64,000 nucleotides of DNA from an uncultured Pseudogracilibacillus sp. (GCA_937974845.1 CALJVC010000081.1:3176-67175), one strand, 5' to 3'; shown: positions 10,493 through 19,309, counted from the first letter of the stretch. Notes: generated by a model from the sequence alone, not told the origin. A program made the numbers and translations.

Positions 10493-10790
10493 AAAAAAAC
10501 TCTTTTCTCCACACGTCCAGCGACGGACTTTGGGGAGAAAAGAGTTACTTTCACGGTACCACCCAAATTTGTAGCATTCTCGCGAAGGCTACCTCATGAG
10601 ACTTTCCTTAAAGAAAGTCTACTTTGGTAACAGGTGCTTTTGGAACACCCGGCTAAGCCTACTGAGAGGGATCTCCGTTCGACAAAGCACTCAGGGATGA
10701 TGTCGGAATAAGATGTAATTTTAGGTTCTCACCAATCCCTAAATCTCTGTAATTACATGGAGCCTTATTCCTTTTTTCCCGTCATCGATT
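10493..10790 (-). promoter_or_regulatory. T-box leader (stem I, T-box sequence, terminator/antiterminator) upstream of ilvB
   Basis: Minus strand shows the K-turn GATGA...CTGA, AGAGA and GGTGAGA stem I motifs. The T-box sequence AAATTTGGGTGGTACCGTG lies at 10570..10552. The terminator AACTCTTTTCTCC/GGAGAAAAGAGTT is followed by seven T. Confidence 0.9.
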
Positions 10791-10808
10791 TATTGTTTCT
10801 AAATATAT

Positions 10809-10823
10809 AAAATTCAGAATTTT
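10809..10823. promoter_or_regulatory. candidate CodY box (weak)
   Basis: AAAATTCAGAATTTT matches 11 of 15 positions of the consensus AATTTTCWGAAAATT. It lies in the ilv control region. Confidence 0.3.
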
Positions 10824-10837
10824 ATATTTATATTCCA

Positions 10838-10866
10838 ATTATACGGATATTTTCTGAAAAATAAAG
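10838..10866 (-). promoter_or_regulatory. candidate sigma-A promoter of the ilv operon
   Basis: Minus strand TATAAT at 10843..10838 with a weak -35 (CTTTAT) 17 nt upstream, about 45 nt upstream of T-box stem I. Confidence 0.35.
10848..10862. promoter_or_regulatory. candidate CodY box overlapping the ilv promoter spacer
   Basis: TATTTTCTGAAAAAT matches 13 of 15 positions of AATTTTCWGAAAATT. CodY is known to repress ilv-leu in B. subtilis. Confidence 0.45.
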
Positions 10867-11081
10867 TAATTTGTGTTTTTTATTATTTTTTAATTATTCT
10901 GTCAACTCTTTTACGAAAGAGCGAATAGAATAAGGAACGAGTACTAAGCGGGCGTTTGGCCGGCTTTTTTTATTAGTAAAATACATTCTACAATCTTTTT
11001 TTATTTGAGTCAATTATTTTAATGTTTTAGAAAAGACTGATAATTTTATATTTATTCAAGAAAGAAAAAACTTAGACTTGT

Positions 11082-11113
11082 AAAAAAGTGTGCAAGGAAA
11101 CAACCTTGCACAC
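11082..11113 (-). terminator. intrinsic terminator of upp (bidirectional shape)
   Basis: 10-bp stem GTGTGCAAGG/CCTTGCACAC, flanked by an A run on one side and a T run on the other. Confidence 0.8.
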
Positions 11114-11122
11114 TTTTGCCTT

Positions 11123-11752
11123 TTATTTCGTTCCGAATAATCGGTCTCCGGCATCACCGAGACCGGGGACAATATACCCTTTATCATCCAATCTCTCATC
11201 GAGGGCTGATACGTAAATATCCACATCGGGATGGTTTTTCTGAATCAGCTCTACACCTTCCGGGGCTGCAACGATACACATGAGTGAAATAGATTTCGCA
11301 CCACGTTTTTTCAAGGATGTAATCGCGTCGTTAGCGGAACCTCCAGTAGCTAACATCGGATCTAGTACAATCAGCTTCCGCTCGGAAATATCCCGCGGTA
11401 ATTTGATGTAATATTCCACCGGTTGTAAGGTTTCCGGATCGCGGTATAAACCGATATGGCCCACCCTAGCAGCGGGTAAAAGTTGCAACATGCCATCGAC
11501 CATACCGAGGCCTGCCCGTAAAATCGGAATAAGGCCGATTTTCTTTCCTGTTAAAACGTGTGCTTTTGCAGGACAGACAGGTGTTTCAACTTCTATTTCT
11601 TTGACTGGTAGGTCACGAGTAATTTCGAAACCCATCAACATCGAAATCTCATCGACGAGTTCGCGAAATTGTTTCGTACCGGTTTTTTTGTTTCGAATAA
11701 TCGTTAGTTTATGTTGGATGAGCGGATGATCTAGTATATGTAACTTGCCCAT
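11123..11752 (-). CDS. upp: uracil phosphoribosyltransferase
   Basis: Typical Upp sequence ([13 protein letters not shown] loop [11 protein letters not shown]). Likely start is the ATG at 11752 (MGKLHIL). The track ORF extends to 11782. Confidence 0.95.
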   Translation of the reverse strand: MGKLHILDHPLIQHKLTIIRNKKTGTKQFRELVDEISMLMGFEITRDLPVKEIEVETPVCPAKAHVLTGKKIGLIPILRAGLGMVDGMLQLLPAARVGHIGLYRDPETLQPVEYYIKLPRDISERKLIVLDPMLATGGSANDAITSLKKRGAKSISLMCIVAAPEGVELIQKNHPDVDIYVSALDERLDDKGYIVPGLGDAGDRLFGTK

Positions 11753-11914
11753 GCAAAATCGCCCCTTCTTCATCGTGTTCATTCCTTACTATCTTACAGT
11801 TTTACAAGACGTTTGTCCATAAGAATAGGTCGAATGTTGTCGTTTGTTCATATTCCTTTTTTTCCTAGTCTTACTACGGCAAATTCGCCTTAATAACCGA
11901 CAGCTTTTTGGCAC

Positions 11915-11946
11915 AAAAAGGACTGAACGTAAGGTACGTTCAGTCC
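11915..11946 (-). terminator. intrinsic terminator of glyA
   Basis: 11-bp stem GGACTGAACGT/ACGTTCAGTCC followed by a T run on the minus strand. Confidence 0.8.
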
Positions 11947-11984
11947 TAGGATTTTTAAAATTCCTGTATGTATCCTTCCCGTTA

Positions 11985-13220
11985 TTAAGCATATAAAGGG
12001 AATTTTTCTGTAAGGGCTTGGACCCGTTGGCGGGCCTCTTCTTGCTTCGCTTCATCGTCTAAGTTTTTCAGCGTAAGGCCAATAATTTCAGCAATCTCTT
12101 TCATCTCAGCTTCTTTAAAGCCCCTTGTCGTTACCGCTGCTGTTCCGATACGGATACCACTTGTGATAAATGGACTTTCTTTGTCATATGGGATCGTATT
12201 TTTATTTGTCGTAATGCGTACGCCATCGAGGGCTTCCTCGGCTACCTTTCCAGTTAATCCGAGCTCCGATACATCGAGTAATAATAAGTGGTTATCCGTT
12301 CCTCCTGAGACGATCCGGAATCCTTGATCGGCTAAAGCCTCGGCTAATACTTTTGCATTTTTAATAATTTGCTTAGCGTACTCTTTGAAATCTGGTGAGA
12401 GCGCCTCTTTAAAGGAGACGGCCTTAGCAGCGATAATATGCATTAAAGGTCCCCCTTGTAAACCAGGGAAAACTTGCTTATCAATCGCCTTCGCATACTC
12501 TTCTTTACAAATAATCATTCCGCCACGAGGACCGCGTAAAGTTTTGTGCGTCGTTGTCGTCACGAAATCACAGTATGGTACGGGGTTTTGATGTAGACCC
12601 GCTGCAACGAGACCAGCGATATGGGCCATATCAACGAATAAATAGGCACCGACTTCATCGGCGATTTCACGGAACTTAGCAAAATCGATCGAACGAGAAT
12701 ACGCACTCGCACCTGCGACGATCATCTTCGGCTTAACTTCCCTCGCTAGTTCTAAGACTGCGTCGTAATCGATCTGTTCGGTTTCCTTGTCGACACCATA
12801 ATCGACGAAGTTGAATAAACGACCACTAAAGTTGACCGGGCTACCATGGGTTAAATGTCCACCATGGCTTAAGTTCATCCCTAAAACGGTATCGCCAGGT
12901 TCTAATGCTGCGAAATATACCGCCATATTCGCCTGGGCACCTGAATGGGGTTGGACGTTAACGTGGTCGCCACCGAAGAGTTCCTTCGCACGGTTACGGG
13001 CTAAATCCTCCGCAACGTCTACATGCTCACATCCTCCATAGTAACGGCGACCAGGGTAACCTTCGGCATATTTATTTGTCAGTACAGAGCCCGCCGCTTC
13101 CATGACAGCCTGCGACACAAAATTTTCAGAAGCAATAAGTTCAATATTGTCTTGTTGACGCTTCTTTTCGGCGACAATCGCCTCGTACAATTCCGGATCA
13201 CTTTGTCGTATAAAGTCCAT
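11985..13220 (-). CDS. glyA: serine hydroxymethyltransferase
   Basis: 411 aa with PLP site [14 protein letters not shown]. Confidence 0.97.
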   Translation of the reverse strand: MDFIRQSDPELYEAIVAEKKRQQDNIELIASENFVSQAVMEAAGSVLTNKYAEGYPGRRYYGGCEHVDVAEDLARNRAKELFGGDHVNVQPHSGAQANMAVYFAALEPGDTVLGMNLSHGGHLTHGSPVNFSGRLFNFVDYGVDKETEQIDYDAVLELAREVKPKMIVAGASAYSRSIDFAKFREIADEVGAYLFVDMAHIAGLVAAGLHQNPVPYCDFVTTTTHKTLRGPRGGMIICKEEYAKAIDKQVFPGLQGGPLMHIIAAKAVSFKEALSPDFKEYAKQIIKNAKVLAEALADQGFRIVSGGTDNHLLLLDVSELGLTGKVAEEALDGVRITTNKNTIPYDKESPFITSGIRIGTAAVTTRGFKEAEMKEIAEIIGLTLKNLDDEAKQEEARQRVQALTEKFPLYA

Positions 13221-13313
13221 TAATCTTTCCTCCTAAATGATGAATATAGCTTATATATTAGCAAAAATTCAGCGATTTTACATACAATTGTAAAAAACTT
13301 ACGCTAGTATACC

Positions 13314-13862
13314 TTATTCATACCGGGCGCGGGCACCGCCGATCAATTTTGGCCGGGTTCTAGCGGCGATGACCCGGGCTTGACCGATTGTATTTTGTTC
13401 CATCCGAACCGGTACGGCCACTCGGCGTAAGTGCATCCCGATTAACGTATCCCCGATATCGATTCCCGCCTTCGCTTGAATCTCTTCCACCACTACTCCC
13501 TCGTCGAAGTGCTGATAGGCATAGGAGGCCATCGCACCGCCGGCCTCCCGTACGGGAACGACCGTCACCTCTTCGTAGTTAAATTGTTCCATCGTTTTTC
13601 TTTCGACAACGAGGGCTCGGTTAATATGCTCGCACCCTTGAAAGGCTAGGTGGATTTGCGCCTGTTCGCTAAGGGTTTGTAATTCCTCAAAAAGAATCCC
13701 CGCAATCTCCTCACTACCACTTGTGCCGATTGGCTTTCCGGCCACTTCGCTAGTCGAGCAACCGACGACAAAAAGGTCGCCTTTTTTTAAGTAACCTGAA
13801 GCGAGCCATTCTTCTACTAACTGACTTATATCGGCACGAATTTGCCTTAACATTGCTTCCAT
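13314..13862 (-). CDS. ywlG: TIGR01440/UPF0340 family protein
   Basis: 182 aa. Sequence and position (between rpiB and glyA) match B. subtilis YwlG. Confidence 0.8.
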   Translation of the reverse strand: MEAMLRQIRADISQLVEEWLASGYLKKGDLFVVGCSTSEVAGKPIGTSGSEEIAGILFEELQTLSEQAQIHLAFQGCEHINRALVVERKTMEQFNYEEVTVVPVREAGGAMASYAYQHFDEGVVVEEIQAKAGIDIGDTLIGMHLRRVAVPVRMEQNTIGQARVIAARTRPKLIGGARARYE

Positions 13863-13899
13863 CTTCCCATCCCCCTACTTTCCTTCGATTCGTGAAGGA

Positions 13900-14349
13900 T
13901 TAATCGAGATGTTTTTCTTCATACTCTTTAATTTTATTAATGCGACGAGTATGGCGATCGCCTTCGAACTCTGTCGTTAACCAAGTATAGACGATTTCTC
14001 TAGCTAAGGCTGGACCGATGACACGCTCGCCCATAGCTAAGACATTCGAATCGTTATGCTGTCTTGTTGCCTTGGCTGTGTACACATCGTGCGTCAAGGC
14101 ACAGCGAATACCTTTTACCTTATTGGCAGAAATCGACATCCCGATTCCTGTACCACAGATAAAAATGCCTCGGTCAAATTCACCACTAGCTACCCGCTCG
14201 GCCGCAGGCAAGGCATAGTCTGGATAATCGACGGAGGTCGTACAGTCAGCCCCTGTATCTTCATATTCATAGCCAAGCTCGTCTAGGACGGCTTTCACTT
14301 CATTACGTAAAGTCATTCCGGCATGGTCGCCTGTAATAATTACTTTCAT
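13900..14349 (-). CDS. rpiB: ribose-5-phosphate isomerase B
   Basis: 149 aa LacAB/RpiB family (ICGTGIGMSISANK). Confidence 0.92.
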   Translation of the reverse strand: MKVIITGDHAGMTLRNEVKAVLDELGYEYEDTGADCTTSVDYPDYALPAAERVASGEFDRGIFICGTGIGMSISANKVKGIRCALTHDVYTAKATRQHNDSNVLAMGERVIGPALAREIVYTWLTTEFEGDRHTRRINKIKEYEEKHLD

Positions 14350-14498
14350 TTTTTTACCTCATCCCTCTAAAATGTATTGTACTTTCATTGTAAACATTAT
14401 AGACAAGTTTTTAAAGCGATATAGGCTGTGGACAAGGATGGGTAAATATGGCCCTTAAAGGAAGGTCAGGTCGAGAAAGACGGAGGTCTTTTTATGTA

Positions 14499-14998
14499 AA
14501 TATATAAGAGCCCAGCCACTGTATATAGGATTTTTCGCCAGTTACAGTCGAGGCCATTCTTGTAAATGGAAACTTCTCCTGTTTACATTGAGGGGCTTAC
14601 CTTGTAAACGAATCTTTTTTCTGTATATAGGGAGGCTTGCCTTGTAAATAGAAATTTCTCCTGTTTACATGAGGGGCTTGCCTTGTAAACGAAAATTCCC
14701 CCTGTTTACATGAGAACCTTGCCTTGTAAACGAACCTTTTTTCTGTATACAGGGGAGCCGGCCACTGTATACAGGATTATTTTTTTCTAAAACCTGTATA
14801 CAGTAAAGGCTTCTACTGTATACGGAATAAAATTTTTTCCAAACCTAGATACAGTAATCATGTTCACCGTATACAGAATTCCTTCTCCATATACAAGAGA
14901 CTGGCCTACCGTAAACAAAAATAAATCCCATATACAGTAGAGCATTCTCTCGTATACCGTCCTCCCTTTCGTATACAAAAGGCTTGTCCTTCTAGCTA
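14499..14998. repeat. Array B: 12 tandem about 41-bp palindromic units of the same family as array A
   Basis: Left half-sites start at about 14499, then 14539, 14580, 14622, 14662, 14703, 14744, 14795, 14846, 14888, 14929 and 14970. Right half-sites follow 20-22 bp later. The only ORF is a repeat-generated 63-aa frame. Confidence 0.9.
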
Positions 14999-15016
14999 GT
15001 CAGCCTATTTTCTAAT

Positions 15017-15048
15017 AAAAAAATGAAGCCCAAGGTTGGACTTCATTT
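15017..15048 (-). terminator. intrinsic terminator of the MCP gene
   Basis: Minus strand AAATGAAGTCC-loop-GGGCTTCATTT followed by a run of seven T, directly after the stop. Confidence 0.7.
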
Positions 15049-15052
15049 TCTA

Positions 15053-16339
15053 CTAATGAAACTTGTGGATCTGCTCCTTTAGGCTACTGGCCTGGGAGGT
15101 TAAATCCTTCGTCAAGCTTTCTAAAACTTCAATCGATTCGTTTTGTTCATTGACCGAAGCACTCACTTGTTCTGTCGCTGCCGATGTCTCTTGGGCGATA
15201 GAAGATACGTCCCGGGACTGGTTCATCGCCGCTTGAATATAAGTCATCTGTTTATTAACTAGCTGGCGAATTCCCTTTACATCCTCAGCTACCGCTTCGG
15301 CAGAACGACGCATTTCCTGAATCGAAGCATTCGTATTTTCACCGCTGATTGCTTCTTCTTCGGCCCGTTTCACATGCTCACTTATCTTCGTTACAACAAC
15401 CGATACATCCCGTTGGATCGTATCGACAAGGGAGCGGATTTGTTGCACCGCTTGGGCACTTTCATCCGCTAAGGTGCGAATTTCATCGGCGACGACCGCA
15501 AAGCCTTGGCCATGCTCTCCGGCTCGAGCCGCTTCAATCGAAGCATTTAAGGCAAGTAAATTCGTCTGCTCCGCGATATCACCGACCATGGAAATAATAG
15601 CCCCGATCTCTTCCGCATTAGCCTTTAACTTCTCGACATCCTTTAAAGAAACCGTCTGTTCCTCCGCTAAAGTCTGGATTCCCGTAACTAAATCGTTCAC
15701 AACCTCGGTACTTTCTGCTAAGGTCGAAAGCATATCAGCCGAACGTTCGTTAGATTGTTCCGCCCGATCCTGTACATGCTCCGCCAGCGAGGTCGCCTGT
15801 TCTACCGCCTCTGCCGTCTCTTGAATAGCATTAGCTGCATTGACTGCCCCACTTGCAATATCGGCGGTTGCTTCACCAATATTTCGAGAGTGCTGGGTCG
15901 TCTTTGTCACGAGCTCCTGCATCTCGTTAACGGTCTTGTTCGTATCGTCAAAGTTCCGTTCGATATCGTCGACCATTTGTTTAATGTTTGTCAGCATCGT
16001 ATCAAAGGCTAGGCTTAAGGAGCGGATTTCATCTTCCGATTTCGGAATCGCAATTTCTTGGTTTAAATTCCCTTCGGCCGCCTCGGTAGCTGCTTCCTCT
16101 AAGCGTTGCAAGGGTTCAGTAATAATCCTAACGAAAATAAAAGTTAATATTCCTGTCCAAAGAATGCCTAGCACGAAGGTAATGCCCGTAAACCAAGGCT
16201 CCGATAAAGATATGTACCCTTTCACATAATCGTATAAAACATAGATAAAAAAAGCGCTTGTCGAATAGGTAACGGTTGCCACAATGGTTGTAAATAAAGT
16301 TAATTTCTTCTGCAAACCAAACTGGTGACGTCGCTTCAC
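15053..16339 (-). CDS. methyl-accepting chemotaxis protein (two TM helices, HAMP, MA domain, minimal sensor loop)
   Basis: 428 aa. Contains the signalling hairpin motif EQTNLLALNASIEAARAGEHGQGFAVVADEIRTLA. Confidence 0.9.
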   Translation of the reverse strand: MKRRHQFGLQKKLTLFTTIVATVTYSTSAFFIYVLYDYVKGYISLSEPWFTGITFVLGILWTGILTFIFVRIITEPLQRLEEAATEAAEGNLNQEIAIPKSEDEIRSLSLAFDTMLTNIKQMVDDIERNFDDTNKTVNEMQELVTKTTQHSRNIGEATADIASGAVNAANAIQETAEAVEQATSLAEHVQDRAEQSNERSADMLSTLAESTEVVNDLVTGIQTLAEEQTVSLKDVEKLKANAEEIGAIISMVGDIAEQTNLLALNASIEAARAGEHGQGFAVVADEIRTLADESAQAVQQIRSLVDTIQRDVSVVVTKISEHVKRAEEEAISGENTNASIQEMRRSAEAVAEDVKGIRQLVNKQMTYIQAAMNQSRDVSSIAQETSAATEQVSASVNEQNESIEVLESLTKDLTSQASSLKEQIHKFH

Positions 16340-16351
16340 GTTCCTAACCTC

Positions 16352-16789
16352 CTATTTCGGTAACTTTTTCAACAACTTTTCTAAATAGTTATCTAATTCT
16401 TCTGCCGTTTGCTCATAAACAGAGACATCGCCACCGAAAGGATCTGCAATATCGTCTACCGCTTCTTCCCCATCCGCATATTCCACTAAGGTATAAAGCT
16501 TATGGGCAATGCCTGGATATTGTTGGAGGATAAGTTGCTTATGGGCAAGGGTCATCGTTAAAATTAAATCCGCCCATTCAATCAAAGAATCATCCAGTTG
16601 TTTGGATTGATGGGCTAGGTCGACTCCTTTACGATCTAGAACCTTTTGCGCCTGTTCGGACGCCGGCGCTCCCTCCGTGGCAAATACCCCGGCGGACTTT
16701 ATTTCTAAGGAAGGAGCTTTATGACGTAACAAAGCCTCTGCCATCGGACTACGGCAAGTATTACCAGTACAAACAAATAGTATCTTCAT
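16352..16789 (-). CDS. ywlE: low-molecular-weight protein phosphatase (YwlE-type arginine/tyrosine phosphatase)
   Basis: CTGNTCRS P-loop and DPFGG motif. Likely start is the ATG at 16789 (MKILFV) behind AGGAGGA. Confidence 0.9.
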   Translation of the reverse strand: MKILFVCTGNTCRSPMAEALLRHKAPSLEIKSAGVFATEGAPASEQAQKVLDRKGVDLAHQSKQLDDSLIEWADLILTMTLAHKQLILQQYPGIAHKLYTLVEYADGEEAVDDIADPFGGDVSVYEQTAEELDNYLEKLLKKLPK

Positions 16790-16943
16790 CGTTTCCTCCT
16801 GCATAAGGATTACTACTCATAATATACCACAAATCGATAACTAGGGTCATTTTAATCGTGTAAAAGTCCCTATTTTTTCACTTTTTATCCCTTTTTTTCT
16901 AAAAAATTAGGTCGGGGGGTATGGCGTTGGTCGGAGGTAACTT

Positions 16944-17489
16944 TTAAAAAATAAACACTTGCCCGATACCCAAACTGAAAAGGATCAAGCCTCCCACCAT
17001 CTCACTATAGATACCGAACCAATCGGACGTCTTGCGACCGAGAAGGAGACCGAGAAAGCTTAAGAGCATCGTAAACCAACCAAAGAGCAAAATAAATAGA
17101 GCCGTTTCAACTCCGGATAAACCTAGACTAAGCCCTACAGAAAAACTATCGATACTGACAAAAAAAGCTAAAGTGAATAGTTTCATACCACGCGGAGCAA
17201 AGGCTAAATCCTCGCCTTCTTCTAAAGAGGAAAACACCATATATAAACCGACAAAAACAAGGAGGAAGCCACCGATTGTCGAAGCAAAGGTCGTCCAGCG
17301 AAGCGATAACAATTGTCCGAGGACGAGGCCGACAAGGGGTAAAACCATATGAAAAAGTCCGATTGTTGCACTAATTAGTAAAATCCGTTTGAGACGAAGC
17401 TTATACATACCAATCCCTAAACAAAGCGAAAAACCGTCTAAACCGAGGGCGACAGCTAATAAAAGAAAAGAGAGCCCTTCTGTAAGCAT
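16944..17489 (-). CDS. mntP: manganese efflux pump MntP family (YwlD-like)
   Basis: 181 aa with six predicted TM helices and a duplicated DUF204-type architecture. Position corresponds to ywlD. Confidence 0.8.
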   Translation of the reverse strand: MLTEGLSFLLLAVALGLDGFSLCLGIGMYKLRLKRILLISATIGLFHMVLPLVGLVLGQLLSLRWTTFASTIGGFLLVFVGLYMVFSSLEEGEDLAFAPRGMKLFTLAFFVSIDSFSVGLSLGLSGVETALFILLFGWFTMLLSFLGLLLGRKTSDWFGIYSEMVGGLILFSLGIGQVFIF

Positions 17490-17561
17490 GACGACTACCC
17501 CTCCTATACTCGTTCACTTCCTTCAAATATATGCAAGGAGGGACAAACATATGTAATCGCT

Positions 17562-17596
17562 AAAAACAAAAAGCCCCTAGCCTTAACGACTAGGGG
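17562..17596 (-). terminator. intrinsic terminator of tsaC
   Basis: CCCCTAG/CTAGGGG stem followed by a T-rich tail on the minus strand. Confidence 0.6.
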
Positions 17597-17600
17597 AAAC

Positions 17601-18674
17601 TTAAGCATAAACTATCTTTGTCGATGCACGACGGAGGCGATCGAGCACAGCCTGGTTAGTAAAGGCAGTTGGATACTCACAAAGAATCAAATCCACCTCT
17701 TCCTTTGAAAAAGAACGTAAAAGATGGTATAGACGACGAGCGCTTTCTTCCGCATCCCTACCGAGGAAGGCCCGGCGAACGATTGGGAAGTCCTCGTATG
17801 CATCGGTATGGTACAGGAGGCCGACCCGTTGTTTTTCCTCGAGCGCTTGGACAAGCGTCGCTTCTAATACTTCCTTTTCGACTAAGAATAGGGGAACTTC
17901 CGGGGCATAATGAACGTATTTTAAACCCGGGGATTTTGGCCTTTCTTCCTTCTTCGGACGATATACTTCACAGGCGCCGACCACTTGGCGAATCTCCTCC
18001 GGTGTAATCGCTCCAGGACGTAAAATAACCGGAACTGGACCGGTACAATCGAGGACGGTCGATTCGATTCCTACCTCTGTCTGTCCCCCATCGACAATGG
18101 CGGGGATTCTACCAGCTAAATCCTCTTCAACATGACTTGCCTCCGTAGGACTCGGCCGGCCAGAAAGATTAGCACTTGGTGCTGCAAGCGGACGATTTAC
18201 TTCCTGTAAAATCGCTAGAGCTACGGGGTGATTTGGAATCCTCACACCGACCGTCGATAGCCCAGCAGTCACCGTCGGAGCAACTCGGCCGGCATCGGGT
18301 ACGATATAGGTGATCGGTCCAGGAGAAAAATAATCAATTAAGGCTTCGACATACGGTTGCAAGGCGCCGGCTAGTTCAAAGACCTGCTCTTTTTTCGCAA
18401 CATGGACGATTAAAGGATTGTCGCTCGGACGTCCCTTAGCCTGAAAAATCCTTTGCACCGCTTCTTCCTGGGTCGCATCGGCCGCTAAACCGTAAACCGT
18501 TTCCGTTGGGATCGCTACCGTCTCACCGCGCCGTAATAATGAAGCGACTTTTTTTAACTTAGTTTGATCGAGGGCCTCTTTCAATGAAATCATTTCCGTC
18601 CGGTAGCGAGGGGCTCCTTCCTTAGACTCCCCTTCGTGCAACCGGTCATATGTAGGTTCCTGCTTATTCATCAT
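17601..18674 (-). CDS. tsaC: L-threonylcarbamoyladenylate synthase (Sua5/YwlC type, two domains)
   Basis: 357 aa with YrdC-domain motifs (PTETVYGLAADA, KGRPSDNPLIVH, SANLSGRPSPT) plus a Sua5 C-terminal domain. Confidence 0.9.
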   Translation of the reverse strand: MMNKQEPTYDRLHEGESKEGAPRYRTEMISLKEALDQTKLKKVASLLRRGETVAIPTETVYGLAADATQEEAVQRIFQAKGRPSDNPLIVHVAKKEQVFELAGALQPYVEALIDYFSPGPITYIVPDAGRVAPTVTAGLSTVGVRIPNHPVALAILQEVNRPLAAPSANLSGRPSPTEASHVEEDLAGRIPAIVDGGQTEVGIESTVLDCTGPVPVILRPGAITPEEIRQVVGACEVYRPKKEERPKSPGLKYVHYAPEVPLFLVEKEVLEATLVQALEEKQRVGLLYHTDAYEDFPIVRRAFLGRDAEESARRLYHLLRSFSKEEVDLILCEYPTAFTNQAVLDRLRRASTKIVYA

Positions 18675-18721
18675 TTCGACTCGCTTTCTTATTTCAGCTT
18701 TTTCTCATTTAAAAGAGAAGA

Positions 18722-18746
18722 AAAACCGCCCTTCGACCTGCGGTTT
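18722..18746 (-). terminator. weak candidate terminator
   Basis: 6-bp stem AACCGC/GCGGTT with a 10-nt loop and a T run on the minus strand. Confidence 0.3.
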
Positions 18747-18813
18747 CCCTTTTCTATCATTATAGCATAAATAGCTTCCTCTTCTTTAGTTAGTCGCTAA
18801 GTAAGGCCGAAGA

Positions 18814-19242
18814 CTAGGCGCCGGCTAACTCCTGAAAGGAATAACACCACCAATTTCCTTCTTCCGAAAGTTGAAAGGCTTCGAGCTCTTCCGAGGCTTG
18901 TAAAGTGAAGGAAAAGGACCGAAAGAGGAGATCGGTGACAAGTTGCTTACTGTTGGCATAAAGTTTGTCCGCTCCTTTCTCCTTAGAAAACTGTAAAATA
19001 ACGTGTAACATTTCTGGTAGTTTCAAGGCCTCTTCCTGTAAAATGAACATTTTCTTCAACCAAAAGCAATGGGGTTGGAGCGGTTCTAGTTGAAACCAAC
19101 TAAGTACCCTACCTTCTTCTTCGACGACATAACTCATCCCCTGGGTAAACTGTACCTCATCCGTGCAAGCATCGTATTGGGATATAAAGGCATAAAAGCT
19201 ACTTTTATTGACATCGATGGCTCGTTTAATCTCCATCTTCAC
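18814..19242 (-). CDS. hypothetical protein (position of B. subtilis ywlA/ywlB)
   Basis: 142-aa ORF in operon orientation. I recognise no family motif with confidence. Confidence 0.5.
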   Translation of the reverse strand: MKMEIKRAIDVNKSSFYAFISQYDACTDEVQFTQGMSYVVEEEGRVLSWFQLEPLQPHCFWLKKMFILQEEALKLPEMLHVILQFSKEKGADKLYANSKQLVTDLLFRSFSFTLQASEELEAFQLSEEGNWWCYSFQELAGA

Positions 19243-19309
19243 CTCTCCTTATCCGTCTTTCTTAAAGTGTATGAGAGAAGAGAACTTTTATGCCTCCTTT
19301 CCTAGTAAG

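Noticed and set aside
10940-10980. Weak GC hairpin followed by a T run (GCGGGCGTTTGGCCGGCTTTTTTT) in the upp-ilvB spacer, as a possible plus-strand sRNA terminator.
   Set aside because: The stem is only 3-5 bp with mismatches, and there is no upstream plus-strand promoter or ORF. The evidence is insufficient.
11789-12055. 88-aa basic ORF overlapping the glyA 3' end and terminator.
   Set aside because: It overlaps the glyA coding sequence and its terminator hairpin. It is a lysine/arginine-rich translation of AT-rich intergenic DNA with no RBS.
14744-14775. LexA/SOS-box-like CTGT...ACAG motifs.
   Set aside because: Firmicute LexA recognises GAAC-N4-GTTC. The proteobacterial box is CTGT-N8-ACAG, whereas the core here is CTGT-N2-ACAG. 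Dozens of tandem copies are not an SOS operator pattern.
14787-14978. 63-aa ORF inside array B (minus strand), and the analogous 66-aa ORF 42454..42654 inside array C (plus strand). Both have recurring YTV/TVY motifs.
   Set aside because: The recurring residues come from translating TATACAGTA repeats. The two ORFs lie on opposite strands of co-oriented arrays. Neither has an RBS, and array A has no equivalent ORF.
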